Assembly (NCBI GenBank): GCA_013265495.1
Contig: MU058636.1
Coordinates: 3,149,967 to 3,213,966, forward strand
From: Vicugna vicugna
Taxonomy: Eukaryota
DNA: 64,000 nucleotides
Direction: 5' to 3'
Shown here: positions 1 to 13,092 of the stretch, one piece after another
Position numbering within the stretch: the stretch's first letter is position 1
Layout of the letters: each line of letters opens with the position of its first letter
Notes under the pieces: generated by a model
The model's input: the letters and a program-made list of their open reading frames with translations, nothing else
Told to the model about the DNA's origin: nothing
Database searches by the model: none
Translations under genes and position numbers: made by a program

Positions 1-1761
1 ATGAAAACGAGGGAAAAAGAACAGCAAGAATTCACAAAAGAATGCGACCCACTGGTTTTTGTTTGTTTTAAAGGAATTTCCATCACTGAAGAAGGCTTGC
101 TTGCCACCTTATCTAAACATGAACACGTGGTTTACAATTCTTTTTATTTTACGCTTTGACACTGCGTCCCCGCCTCCTCCATCAGTCCTGCTTTCTGGAC
201 AACTGGGTGGATATTTTGGAAAACTGGGTCTTGGGGGCTGGCTGGTGGGGGTGGTTTCCCTCAGTGTCACATGTAATGCACTGCGGGGCATGGTGAGAGC
301 ATAGCCAGGCATGACCCAGATAATTCCCCAGGGCTTTGGAACACGAATCATTTTTTAACATAGTACTTAAGGTGGGTGAATCTTTCCAGGGGGCAGCCTT
401 CCCTGGTTCCATCATGTGCCAATTTAAATGCTAAATGAAGCACTGAGTCAAGGGGCCTGGGGCCCAGGGGGGCACCAATGGGGAGAAGGCAGAGCCCTGG
501 AAGGTTCTCAGGAAGGTGTATGTTCAACAGCAGGTGTGGACCACCTGTACCTGTGGGGGATGGCCCTGGAGTAAAGGGCAAAGCGAGGTGACCGCGACTG
601 CTGGATCCCTTCCCCTGGGATCCCCCTGCCCCCTCAGGTTCCCAGAGGCGACCAGAAGAGCCTTCAACTGGAAGGACAGTGAGCTGGCTACGGCGTGTCA
701 CTCGACCAAACTGCCTAACGCGGGGCTGGCCATCAGGTTGCAGCTGGAGCTCCCCATTCTAGCCCCAGGAACGGCCAGCCAGTTGGTGGAAAATCCCCCC
801 CGCCCCCGCTTTCCGGCAGGGAGAGGCCGCATGTTATTTCTCCGGCAGCCCCCTGGCCACGAGCACAGAGGAGGTGAGGACGGCCCCTTGGACGTGTCTC
901 TGGCCTCCCCCACGGCTGCTGAGCAGAGCCCACCCTAAGGGAGGGCAGACTTCGAGAAGGGATGAACCATATTCCTAACAGGGAGCCGTTCACAAGCATG
1001 CGCCACATCCTGTCTAAGAGCGGAAGCACTTTTCGAGCCAGGATCCCTTTGGGTAATTCCTTTTGCATTACTGCCTAGAAAAGAATTGCATGTATCAAGG
1101 CAATTACTAAAGATATTCTGTCACTGGAGGATTTCAGGGCAGGTGGTGGCAGGGCCACTACTTGACAGCTGTCCCAGAAGGAGGACCAGGCTTTCTCTCT
1201 GTGCTAGGGGAAGCGGGCTGACGGGGTAAACTGGGTCGACTCCTTCCAGCGTCTCGTTTCATCGCCCCCCCAGGCTCCTCCCTCCCCTCCCACCGTGTGC
1301 TAATCCGTCCACTTCCCCAGGCTTCAGTTCCCATCCCTGGGGGGCGGTGCATTATGTGTTAAGACAGCTCCACGAACAGCAAAGACACTGAATGCTGTTC
1401 GCCGTGGATAAGGCTCTGTCAATAATCTGCTTTGTCGGGACAATTTCCTGGTCAGGGGCCATCATCAGCTCCACCAAAGCCTCAGAGGCCCCTGGACTCA
1501 CAAAGTGGTGCACGTGGCTTTATTTATTATCCGCTCGCTTACTCTTTAGGGAATCCTTTTGTGGCTCTGTGGGTTTTATGATGTTATCTCCTCTAGAAGA
1601 ATTTCATCTCTATTGAGCTGGACATTTGGGAACCAATCTTATTACAGATATAGTCAAGGAAGATGATTTCATTATCTCTAAATAACACACATCATATGAA
1701 AGATCTTTCTTTGGTACAGCATCTGTCTCACTCTTGACCTCTTTATCAATCAATTGATCGA

Positions 1762-1955
1762 TTTGCTAGGCGCTGTTCTGAATGCTCTGCCCATTTTAAC
1801 TCATTTAGTCCTCAACAGTTATGATTTGGGTACTGTTATCATCTACATTTGAGACCAAGACTCTCTGAGGCTCAGAGAAGTTAAGTAACTTGCCCAAGGT
1901 CACACAGCTAGGAAATGTCAGCGATGGTGTTCATACTCAGGCATTCTGGTTTTAC
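1762..1955 (-). mobile_element. MIR SINE
   Basis: Reverse-complement MIR core: ctgaggctcagagaagttaagtaacttgcccaaggtcacacagctag. Confidence 0.9.
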
Positions 1956-2817
1956 AGCCAATAGTAATCATCCCCTTTTTTGAAAACAAATCTTTCACAT
2001 GGTATGGTTTAACTGGGAATGGAGACTACCTGGCACCATCCCCTGAGCAATGTCTTCTCATTCTACTTTTTTTCAGTAGAATGTCTTTAGAAAAAGCGGG
2101 CTAGTATGTGGTTGAAGGATGCAGCAGTCCCTTCCTACAAGGAATCCATTCCTATCAACAGGAAGGGTGCTCAGTTCTCCCAGTGACCCTTCCTGAAGGA
2201 TGTACAAGGGTACCACTGACGAGACTTTGTAGAGTCCTCGCCTTGGTTTCCCATCACGGAGCCCAACACCCACATAAGGGTGGAGCTCATGCAGGTTCAC
2301 CACCTTTTATAGGCGAAGCCATGATGGTGTTTGTGTGTGATACAACAAACACTGTGATGAAGACAATTCCTGGAGCACCGCATACCACACCTGGAATGGG
2401 CAGCCGATGAATGAAGGTCCAAGGTTTGTGTCCAGAGCTTCTCCGTGCAAAGACGCCTTCTGCTCCAAATCTGCCCTAAAGTCATGTTATAATCAAAAAG
2501 ACGGTGAGGTTCTGAGAGTTCACAAAATGAGTCTTTATGATGTCCATATGCTCACTTATTTGAGGTTGTTCATAGTGCCCTTGGGAATTGGACAGTGTCC
2601 AGCTTGTGACTATAATGTTCAGTGTTGAGGCAAAATAGCTCTTTGAAAAGGTGCAGCAGAACAAGTGCCTTGTTTTATGAAGCAGACCTAGCTCTCTCTT
2701 GTCCACCCTGTCTGCGGGAGTCAGGGGAGCTCTGAAGTAGTATTTGCCTTTAGTGTCACCACCCCCAACCGCAGTGATTCCTCAGTTTTCACAACGCAAT
2801 TATAACCATAGGGTTGA

Positions 2818-3243
2818 ATTCACAATAGCCAAATGGTGTCCAACAACAGATGAATGGATAAACGGAATGTGGTACATATGGACAATGGAATACTATTCAG
2901 TCTTAAAAAGGAAGGAAGGTCTGATACAGGCTACAACATGGATGAGTCTTGAGGACACTACGGTCAGTGAAATTAACCAGTCATTCACCAGCCTAGGAGG
3001 CCACCTTATACGCGGTCCCTAGAGGAATCACATTTGCACAGGCAGGAAGTATGGTGGTTGCCAGGGGCCGGGGTCGGGGAACGGGGAGTAGAGGTTTTCT
3101 GGGTGCAGAGTTTCAGTTTCATAAGATGAAAAGAACTGTGGAGATGGTTGTCCAACAATGTGAATATTCTGTACACTGCTGATCTGTACACTGAAAAATG
3201 GTTAAGATGGTGAACTTTACGTTATGTCCATTTTACCACAAGT
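2818..3243 (+). mobile_element. L1 3' end fragment (L1MB-like)
   Basis: gatgaatggataaacggaatgtggtac...acaatggaatactattcag...aaaatggttaagatggtgaactttacgttatg matches the old eutherian L1 ORF2 end and 3'UTR. Confidence 0.9.
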
Positions 3244-5519
3244 GAAATAACTTTTTAAGTAAAGATAAATTGCAGTGAGGTTTCAGCACAAAATTCCTCG
3301 TCCCAGAGAACACTGCCCACCCAGACACCAGTGGGCCTCCCTGCCTCCACCAGGGACTGGAGGACGTTTGCCCCTCCAAGGCAGCCCAGGTGGTTGGAGC
3401 TTCGTGCAGGGGCCTGAGGGCTTCTCTCAGTGGTCCACCTGCTGCCCCACCTGGGAAGCTGTAAGGAGCAGAGTTGTTCAAAACTAAAACCTCTGGGAAC
3501 AGTGCCCACACACAAGTTGTGTCTAAGTCGAGCAAAGTTGAGGCCGAATCCAAGAAAAGGACCACTTTATGTTGTGTCTTCTAAGGTTTCAAAGAAAACG
3601 GATTTGTCTTTTTTTTTAATCTATCTTGCTACAAAATCCAATTTAAAAAAAAAAAAAAGATATCCCATAGATTCCTGTCCTGTAACCACCAGGCTGCCTG
3701 TGGGATTTGGGCACTGCTTCATTTTTTTTTTTTTTAAGTTTCTATCCCCTCAGCCTTTTCAAACTGAGAATCAGTATTATCTCCACATCTCACGTGAAGA
3801 ATTTAGAATAAAGTGTATAATAAAACTATAATCAATAGGAACATAATTAAGCAGAATCAGTCCCCATGTTTGGCAAAGCTACATTCTAGGGCCCAAGATG
3901 AAAATTAAACATGCATGGATAAACATTTATATAAAAATTCTGTTCTGGGATGGGTATGTATCCAGCCCCATAGGCATGGAATATGAGTATTGACCAAGCC
4001 CAGGGGAAGAGAGAAACCTGGTCCTGGTTCTCGCTGGATCTGATGCCAGTCACTCCGCCTCTCTAGAAATCTGTTTCCCCTTTGGCAAAAAGGGGGTTAT
4101 GAGAGTATATCTCTTACCCTTTCTCTGCCGGATAGTCCATAATTGCTGTGACCCCAGCATCATTGTGTTTCTGCTGCCCAAGACTAGACAAGATCCTTGG
4201 TTGTCAGAAAGACTAAGAGACTCAAAGTTCTTTACTCACTGAGGCAAGAAAGTGGAATAAATAAGCAAGTCAGAATTTTCAACAACAGGGGTTGAATTAG
4301 AAGGTATTTCTGTTTAATGCTGGATTTTCCTCCAGATGCAGTTTATACTGCCTGAGCATTTTAAATTATACTTTGTTCTAAATATTTTTTAAAAGCTTTC
4401 AACCGGTTTTCAATACTTTTCAGTATATGTCCATGCAGTTTAAACAAATGAAGAGAAATACAAACAAATTGTTAACGATTTATTTATAGATTGCTCGCAG
4501 GGCTCTCCTTTGCTCAGTGTAGTGATAAACTGCAGTATTTATGAATATTCTATGCTCAAGATTTTGGGGTTTTTGTCTTGTATTATCTACACGGATAGAA
4601 ATCTTAGATGGGCAATGAGAGTTATAAACAATTTCTTGCCGTGGAGTGACTTGCATTTATCAAATTGAGTTTAAAACATTTCAAATTGAAATAAGTTGGG
4701 TTAGGATGAATCTGTTTAAAAACTTGATGTCATTTGAGTTCAGATTCGCTATGAAGTTAGAGCATTACTGGTTTGATCTGTTACAACTCCTAAGACCACA
4801 CCATCCTCTGCGCTGCACAACCTTGGCTCGGGATGTGGTGGGGAACTTCTCCCCTTGGCCCCCACGGTCCTCTGCAACCTGTGACAAATGACACTGACAG
4901 CTCTTTCAGGTCAGTTCAACTAACATTTAAGGAGCATCAGGCTCTGTGCGTGGTGGGTTTGGGGTGTGTACTGGGATGTTTTCGATGGTATACAGTGAGA
5001 AATGTATGTACTCTTATGTACGTTGGAGCTACTAAACTCTGTGTGCTCTATCGATTGCCTATTATTATTAAAAATTTATTGTTTACAAAGCAGTCCACAT
5101 ATATGTCATTGTTCCATAACGTCTCTTTCCTGGTTTATTACCCTAATCTCATTATAGAGAAAGGAAACGGAAGCTAGAGGAAGACAAGGAACTCGCCCTA
5201 AGTCGTTGCACAAGTACTAATATCAACAGCGAAGTCCCCGGTGACACAGCCTTGCCTTCCTCTCCAGCCTCCTCCCCGCGTCGCTCTCTGCAGCTCCTGC
5301 TCACCCCCACCTGGGTTCCTTTCAGGTCCTCAGATTCATCCACTATCTATCAATCGTCTGCAGACTCTTGTCTTTGCGTTTTTGTCTACTTAGAACTGAC
5401 CTCCTTCCCTGCCCTCACTTTGCATGGAAACTCCTGCACTTCCCTTGGCTGTGCCCCGCCCCTCCCCCAACCCTTTACCGCTCCTGTCCGTCCTCCATGC
5501 ATGCCAGGCACCCATGATT

Positions 5520-5632
5520 TGTTGAAGTTGAACTTCTTCAAGGGCAAGGAGCATGCCTGATTCTCCTCTACTCTCTCTGAGTCTCTGATGCAGCGCCTGG
5601 CACAACAGACGCTCGGTAAGTATGGAATAAAC
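5520..5632 (+). mobile_element. L2 3' end fragment
   Basis: aagggcaaggagcatgcctg...cagcgcctggcacaacagacgctcggtaagtatggaataa resembles the L2 terminus. Confidence 0.65.
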
Positions 5633-7499
5633 CTATGAGAGGTGGGTTGGTGGGAGGCAGGCTGAGAGGACCGTTTGTACCAGTTTGCTTGTCCATCCAA
5701 GCCCCCGCAGGCCCAACCGCTGGCAGGGAGGCATCCGCCCCAGGTGGGAGAAGGGGTTTCCTCTCTTCGGTGCCAACCCCCCAAGCTAGTGTCCCGAGCG
5801 AGGCCAGGGGCGATACACCCAGCTACCCACCCAGAATGCCGTTTGTGCTTGGTGACCAGGGAGGCAGAGTACAAGGCAAATGGGAAAAAAGAAATCAAAA
5901 GAAACGGAATGGGCTCCAATGGCCTTGCAGGTAAGACTCAGTGTAGGTTAAAACCAATGAGACAAAAACCACTGCTCACGGAAAGGTTGGAGGAACATCC
6001 CCTCCCGGCCAGACAAACCCAGACAGCCACACTGCTGTGTCTCTGCTCAACACTGTTTCCTCAGCCTCTGGCCTTTTACCTCGTTCCCAGCTCCCAAAAT
6101 CCCATTCATCTTTAACAAGTGATCCCAGTTGCCATCTCTCCTAGAAGCATTTATCCATTGCCGAGCTGTCATAAATTCTTTCTTCTTCCAAACCCCGTCC
6201 ACTTTGCTGCAGCTTCTAACACATTACCTTCTTCACTTGGCCTCAGGTTCCCGTGAATGGCCCTCTGTCTCCCGCTGGATGCCAGTTCTTTGAGGTTAGA
6301 GTCAACACCCCGTTCTCATCCTTTCCAGAACTTCCCCGGGCTGTGCAAATGGCAGCTGCCCAGCGCATGTTTGTCGAATTACCTTTTTGAGTTTTCACAC
6401 ACTCAGCCCAGAACGGGAAAAGCGGTTCCCACTGGGACAGGTCAGCAGGCATGTTTTCAGACTCACAGGCTGGGAAAGGATGCTGAGAGGTTACCTCAGC
6501 TGTCTCTGCCCCTAGGAAAGCTCAGCAAAGCCGGACAATAAGGATGAGCCTCGTTCTGCTTGCTAAGGAAGGGGAGGGAGCCCGTGGTGGGGCCCTAACG
6601 CTCCTTGTCAGGAGACCCTCCTTACAATCCATCTTAAAGCCCATGAGTTTGGTCCTTACTGTTACAGCAGCACTTTAGCTGCTGGGTTTTATTATTAGGA
6701 GATTAACTGAGCTTGCTGGGCATGTCCCCAGAGGCTTTTCAAAGCAACTGTTTTAAAAATTGAAAGCACCGTCAGAAAGTAGAGCTAATAAAATGTGCTT
6801 GGTGGGTGGGTGCATCCTATTTAGCAAAATTTTATAACAACAGCCCCCAGGACTGGTGCAAATTAAAGATTTCCGCATGCTTCAGCCTTGCGGCGGGGGT
6901 GGGGGGGTGGGGAAACAGCTGTGATTTTTATCTTCCACGTTGGTTTGGAATCAGCCTGTCATTGTGAATGGGGGGTGGGTGGAGGGAGGCCCCTCTTCTT
7001 TCCCATTTTCTTGTACGTCGTTAATGGAGTCATTTCTTGTAAAATGGCTTTTTTTTTTTTCCAGCACTAACTCTCAAGTGATGGATCTTTACCGAGATGT
7101 CTGAGAGATGGTGGTTGGATTCATTTAGTGAATCTTTACACCATTCATTTAAATGATTGCCATGCTAAATACAATGAAAATGTAATGGCGGGGGTGTGGG
7201 GGGTGGACCACCCACTGAGGAAGTCAGAAGGTGGGGGTCCGACTCTCAGCCCCCAACTGGCAGGAAACATTCCATTCCCACCCGCGTCTCCAGCCCCCTC
7301 CCTCTACTCACCCCCTTCCCCGGAGCCCCAAACACCCTCCCTGCCCCACAAGCTTGCTCTCTGCGCCTGGGGGATTCCACATGGACGCGTCTATCAGGTA
7401 GAGAACGTGACCGCTTACAGCTCTGATCCTGTCTGGTCCCATGAAACAGTCATGCTATTCACAGTGGATGCTGGCGACACGTCAGTCCAGACAGAACAG

Positions 7500-7725
7500 G
7501 GTGAAAACAGTATCAGAAGGCCCAGGGTTTGAATCTCCCTCAGTAAACTTACTATCTCTACGACCCTGGGTAAGTTACTTACCCCCTTGAGCCTCCGTTT
7601 CCTCGTCTGTAAAGTGGGGATAAAAGTAATGACCTCATGGGGTTGCTGAGCTGATGAGATGAACCCTTGAGTACAAAGCACTGAGCACGGCACCTGGGGC
7701 TCGGTGGGTGCCCCGTGAGCGATGC
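7500..7725 (+). mobile_element. MIR SINE
   Basis: gggtttgaatc...ccctgggtaagttacttacccccttgagcctccgtttcctcgtctgtaaagtggggataa MIR core. Confidence 0.9.
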
Positions 7726-8149
7726 CCACCCTCATTTAACTTCCAAGTGCAGGTTTGTGCATGGGTTCAGGTCCCGTGGGAGGTTGTCAGTAGGCAATAT
7801 TTGGGGAGCTGAAGAAAGAGGTGCCCTTTAGCACCTCTCAGATCTCTGCACATCGATTGCCACTGGCTCTTTTCTTAGACCACGAACACATCCCTGACAG
7901 TCTTCACCGCAAGTTCCTGACGCGGGTCAGGGCGAACGCCGAAGCTGCCCCGTGTCTGGGACTTAGAGTGTGTGGGTCACGCCCTCCTGCCCTGCTGCTC
8001 CTCCCTGCCACAGACGCTGGCTCATCAGAGGCGGAGGTGGCAGTCACAACTTGACTGGTTGGGGATACAGAGACCAGTCCCTCCCCTCAGGTCTCTGTTT
8101 GAAGCCTGCGGTCTCCTTCAGAGTGAAAATTGTGTAGGACCCTTCCCCA

Positions 8150-8420
8150 TCCTCACTGCTGGGGCTTGGCTCCTACACCGCTCCACTGTGCTCTCCGGCA
8201 GCCCTGCTGGCTTCCTGGCTTCCCCTAGAACCTGCCAGAACACCCTCTGCCTCAGAGCTCTCTGCCCCTGGGGGGCCCTTCCCCCCACCTCAAGTACAAT
8301 ACTTGCTCCTCCTCCTCTAGGTCTCCACTCAAACAGCTCCCTCTTTGCTGGCCCACGATTTCAAATTGCAATTTACTACCCCTTCTTTGCTGCATTTTTC
8401 TCCATCAAGTATCTCCCAAT
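8150..8420 (+). mobile_element. L2 fragment (5' part of a copy that resumes at ~9070)
   Basis: cttcctggcttcccctagaacctgccagaacaccctctgcctcagagc...tttttctccatc is typical decayed L2 3' region. Confidence 0.55.
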
Positions 8421-8424
8421 CTCC

Positions 8425-9065
8425 CACTTAGAACATCCCCTCTAAGTTAATATTCTAATGGTAAGGTCCCTCTGGTTTTTAATTCACAAACTTCAAAGAA
8501 TATGCACAGCTCACAAAACAATATTTTCTTCAGCTGACGCTTATATAGAAAAAGAGTATACTTATATCCCACCGGCTCAGTGTGACATCTTTATAAAATG
8601 ACGTGCAACAGAATCTTGAGTTACAGTCCAGATACAGTTGGTAGAATGTCAGAAGCACATGCAGGTGCTTTGAAAGGCTTTCCAACGGACAGCAGAGGGC
8701 TGGGCATCTCAACGTTTCTCCACCACTCCAGTCCCAAAATTGCTCATTTCAGGAAATCGCTTTGTGTTTCTTTACTGTAAAAATAAACATTTACTGTAAA
8801 TGTTACCTGCATTTTTACCTACAAATGGTTAATTGACTGCTATTTGCCTTACTTATTTGCCATGAATCATCTTGAGGTAATGCTTGTGACGGGGCCTGCA
8901 AGTGTCACTGCACACAGGTGACTGTTAGCAACCTTATTAATAGGTAGAGACCAAGAAGTGCTGAGATAGGCACTCATGACTGGCGCTCTGTGGGCGTTGA
9001 CTGAGTTTGGGTTACGTGTTAGGAAGCTGACTGGAGGTTTGGGTAAACTTGTAACATCATAATTT
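8425..9065 (-). mobile_element. Probable hAT-Tip100 (Arthur1/Zaphod-like) DNA transposon remnant interrupting an L2
   Basis: Lies between two collinear L2 pieces. The minus strand gives decayed peptides (SRFCCTSFYKD; LYKRQLKKILFCELCIFF) resembling the TTF-type zinc finger of hAT transposases. No clear TIR seen. Confidence 0.45.
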
Positions 9066-9069
9066 TCTC

Positions 9070-9225
9070 ATTTAATATAATGCATTGGGTTGTATTATTT
9101 ATCTTGCTTACTGTCCATCTGCCTGCACTGAAATGTAAGCACCACGTGAGCTGGACCTTCAGTCTGGATGTTCCCTGTCACCTCCCAGCACGTGGCAGGA
9201 GCTCAGTACGTACTTGGAGGAATTC
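9070..9225 (+). mobile_element. L2 3' end
   Basis: ctgcactgaaatgtaagcaccacgtgagc...cccagcacgtggcaggagctcagtacgtacttggaggaat. Confidence 0.7.
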
Positions 9226-9372
9226 TGTCTCTGGCCTGGAATATACTTTATCCAAGCAGAGTCATCATTGCAGCATTAAAGCTCTAGATGTCTGGCCAGT
9301 AGAGGAAGAAGGCTGCTGCATGAATTGAGCACCAGGCATGGGAAGCAATGATAGGCACTTTATGTATGCACC

Positions 9373-9934
9373 GGGCGGTAGGCTGGTTCTGAAATGGCTC
9401 CCAGCGATCCCTGCCTCCTGGTATCCAACCCTGTACAGCCCTCTCCTTTGGGGGCGTTGGGAGCAGTTCTAGTGTCTCTCTTTTAATGAAACAGTGATGG
9501 GATGTGATGGGATGTCCCTTCCAAGATTAGGCTGTAAGAAACTTGTGACTTCCTTCTTTCTCTCTCTGCCTCTGCTCCCTGGCTTGTGCTGGTGAAGAAA
9601 GCTGAGTTGTGAGCTCCGCTATGGACAGACCCACATGGCAAGGAACTGAGAAAGGCCTCCAGCCAGCAGGGCATGAGGATCTAGGCCCTCAGTCCAACAG
9701 CCCACAGGAAACCAAAGCCTGCCAACAGCAACGGGAGTGAGCTCAGACACCACTCCTTCCTCCACGGACGCTTGAGATGCCCATGGCCTGGCTGACACTT
9801 GGATTATCCTCTTATGAGACCCTGAGTTAGAGGACCCAGCTGAGCAGAGCACAGAAACTGTGACATAACACGTGGTTGTTTTAAGTTAGTAAGTTTGGGG
9901 GTAATTTGTTACGCAGCAAGAGATCACCAATACA
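9373..9934 (+). mobile_element. MaLR LTR (MLT1E/F-like)
   Basis: cccacatggcaaggaactgag, cctcagtccaacagcccacaggaa and the terminus gttttaagttagtaagtttgggggtaatttgttacgcagcaagagatcaccaataca. Confidence 0.9.
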
Positions 9935-9959
9935 TGTTATTTCCTTTACTCTTCACTAC

Positions 9960-10070
9960 AGCTCATTTTACAGGTCAGGACCCAGAGGCTCAGAGAAATA
10001 AGGTGAACTGCTGGAGGTCAGGACTACTACTAGACCAAAGATCAAACCACAGATTGTCTGGGCCCAACTC
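9960..10070 (-). mobile_element. MIR fragment
   Basis: cattttacaggtcaggacccagaggctcagagaaataagg. Confidence 0.6.
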
Positions 10071-12099
10071 TCTTGTCCCTTCCCACAACCTCGTTCTTCC
10101 TCTGAAGATCCGCCACAGAAGTACCAGGAATCCATTCTCTGGAGCATCTGCCTTCTCAGCACTCATCCTCACAGATTTCTGGCTGCCTGTCTCACTGCAA
10201 TGTGCAACATCAAACCACATGTGCGTCTTCAGAGAGGATCCTTCAAACACTGAGTTCAGCGACTCCCCCTCCAACAGGCTGTGAAGCTTCAGGGAATAAA
10301 TCTATTTTTGTTTTCAGGAAGCCATCTGCCTCTTTTCCAATTTAGAAATTTGACCAGAGCTGGAAAAAAATAAATAAATATATGAGGATGGTGTGCAGTT
10401 GGGCTAACTTCTTTCACACGTATCTGTAATCTCTCATCTTGTCAGAGGGCTGTTACCAAGGATAAAGGAGGATGAACGCTTCAGTGTATCACTTATTATC
10501 CACACCTGAAGTGTGGGCTCAGTGAAGCAGACCTTATGCCAGGCTACACATCCCTCGGAAAACATGCCCAAGGTCTGATTAGACTGAATGTAGTAGCAGG
10601 GGGCCACCGGGCTCCCCTTCGTGCTCTGCCATCCCACACTTTTCTGGGTGCCTGGTCCCCAGGACATCGCTCAGGAGCCCTCCCTCAGTGATTGTACCCC
10701 ATTCAGCATCCCTCAAGCAGAGGGCAATCCTGGCCAGCCTTTGCCGGAGCTCTTCAGGGATGACTTTGAACCCAGTGGCCTCCATCTGAGCCAATCAGAG
10801 GCTGTCTCTGCAGGCTGGTTCCTCATCCAAGAATGAAATACTGAGCTGTATGGCTCTTACTGTTTCTTAAGGGAAAATCTGCACTGACAAGTCAAATTCA
10901 GCCATTGGAACCTGACTAATTAGTTAACATCAATTGTAATATAGGCACGAAAGGGGTTTCTTCCCACAGTAGTAGAAGTGGGGACCAGAATCTCCCAGAA
11001 GATATGCCCCTCTGCGTTGTGCTTGGGGGGAGGGGAGCCTGCCCCTCCTGCCCCACCTTCACTGCTGCCCATTCCTTCTAGTTGGAGAGAAGGCAGAGAA
11101 AGCCGCCACCTCTGACTCACTCTCAGGGCCGTGAACTCTCTCTGGGAAGTTCCCCAGCAAAGCACAGATGTGCTCATTCAGAACAACATTCCCTGGTTGG
11201 GTTTAGCTCTGGCTGAATACATATGGTTAATCAGTATCTATCCAGGAAGCAGGCGGTGATACAAGGTAGAGGCGAGGGTTGCAGATAAATAAAAACTAAA
11301 ATTAATCTTACAAGACTAATGTGCTATTTTACTCAAGGACAATTTTTGATTGCAATATTTTATTGCACATGATAATTAGGCAGAAATTCAATTTATAAAG
11401 GTGATGGGAGTAGCAACAAACATGGGATTGATCTGCCTTGAGGGTTTCTGGTTTTCTCTTTGTCTTTGTCATCAAACATAGTGGTCCCCATTCTCATAAT
11501 TAAGCAAAACACAAAAGTATGGATGAACACTACGGAGCCAGATGCTGTGTCCCCCACTGTCTCTCCATGGCCCCATTTCCCAGAGCAGAGACCTTGCTTT
11601 ATCAGAAGAACACATCTTCAAGGACCATGCTGGGGAAGAGATACTGGTCTGGTGGGGAGTGGTGAAGTCACAATCAGGGACCCTGGGGACGATGGAGAGG
11701 GAAGAGGGTAGTTTGGGCTGACCAGGGGCGTAGAGCAGGAGGCCAGGTCCAGTGTCAATGGGCAAATGCTAAGCAGAGGAGCACAGGAGTATTGGAGGTG
11801 GGTCTCAGACAGCTAAGAAAGGTCCAGCTGGCCAGAGCAAATCAGAACCTGACCTAGGTGATGGGCAGAATCCAGCTGTCCCAGAAGCAAGTCACATGGA
11901 GGGAGTGTGAAGGAGCGGTAGAGGGGTGAGTGTTTCAGAGAAGCATCTCAGGTCCAGAAATGTCTGTTCCATTGCAAAAAAAGAAAACCAGCAACCAGCA
12001 AGTTGTGGAATGATCAGGAAGTAATGTGTGCAGTGACCCCAGGCTTGTGCTTATCGTAAGACAAACATCTGTTGACTAGCTGGCTCAGCGGCCTCAGTT

Positions 12100-12280
12100 A
12101 ACCTGAAGCATGGTAAGCTCCCTTGCCCTCCATTTCCTCATCTGTAAAACAAAGATAATAAGAGTAGCTAAGTCACCGGTTTGTTGTGAGGATTAAAGAA
12201 GGTAACACGTGAATGCATGTGCCTCACACAGTTCCCAGCACACCGCTGGTGCTCCGTAAGTGGAAACAATGTGTACGATT
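12100..12280 (+). mobile_element. MIR SINE
   Basis: ctccatttcctcatctgtaaaacaaagataata...ttgttgtgaggattaaagaaggtaacacgtg. Confidence 0.85.
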
Positions 12281-12559
12281 ACTGTTAACAATGAGCCTGA
12301 GTGTGGCTTCCAACACTGGTCCAATTTCGGGGACCAGAGGAAGCCCAGTCAGACATCTGTTGCCAGGTGCCAGGTGACCTTTAAGATGCTCTAGGCGGCA
12401 ACCCTAAGACTTCCCACAAAGCAGAATTAATCAAGTCATCCCCACAAGGCAGCCAACAGTCCTCGCCCTTGTTATGACACCTTAAGTTTCAGGCTCTGAA
12501 TGCCCAGCTCCTGCTCTGGGGTGAAGTTCCCAGAGCCTCAAAATAGCTATGAAGACGAA

Positions 12560-12690
12560 TATTCTCTGCATTGTGCAAAGGTGGAAACTGAGGCTAGGGA
12601 GGCTAAATAAGTCGCCCAGAGTTCACAGTGAATGACGTGGTAGAGCTGAGATGAAGATCAATCCAGACTCGACTCCAGAGCTCTGGCCTG
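12560..12690 (-). mobile_element. MIR fragment
   Basis: ggtggaaactgaggctagggaggctaaataagtcgcccagagttcacag...gactccagagc. Confidence 0.75.
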
Positions 12691-13092
12691 GTGCCCAGCG
12701 CTGCCCTGCCTCCTGATACCCGGAACCAAGTCAGATAATTTCCTCCTTTGGTGGGGGGAGGGCTAAAGGTGGCACGGACGGTGAGTGCTGGAAGGGAGAG
12801 GGGGCAGAAAAGGAAGGCTCGAATGCCCAGGATCAAGTCCTCAGCTTTCCCGACTACCCAGACCTCCCGTGTCTTCCCAGCTGGCTGCATCCTGGCAGAG
12901 GAAGTACCCAGACAGAGCTCGTGCTGGGGGCTACCAGACCCTTGTACACCAGCCCGGGGTCCACACCCAGGCCAACAATGATACCCAAGGCCTAAAAGAA
13001 ATCCGTCCTCCCACCTAGACAAGCGGAGTCAGCAAGTTGGTGTCACAGGGGCTGCAGACACAGCGTCTTGCAAATCAAGAAGGCCCAGATCA

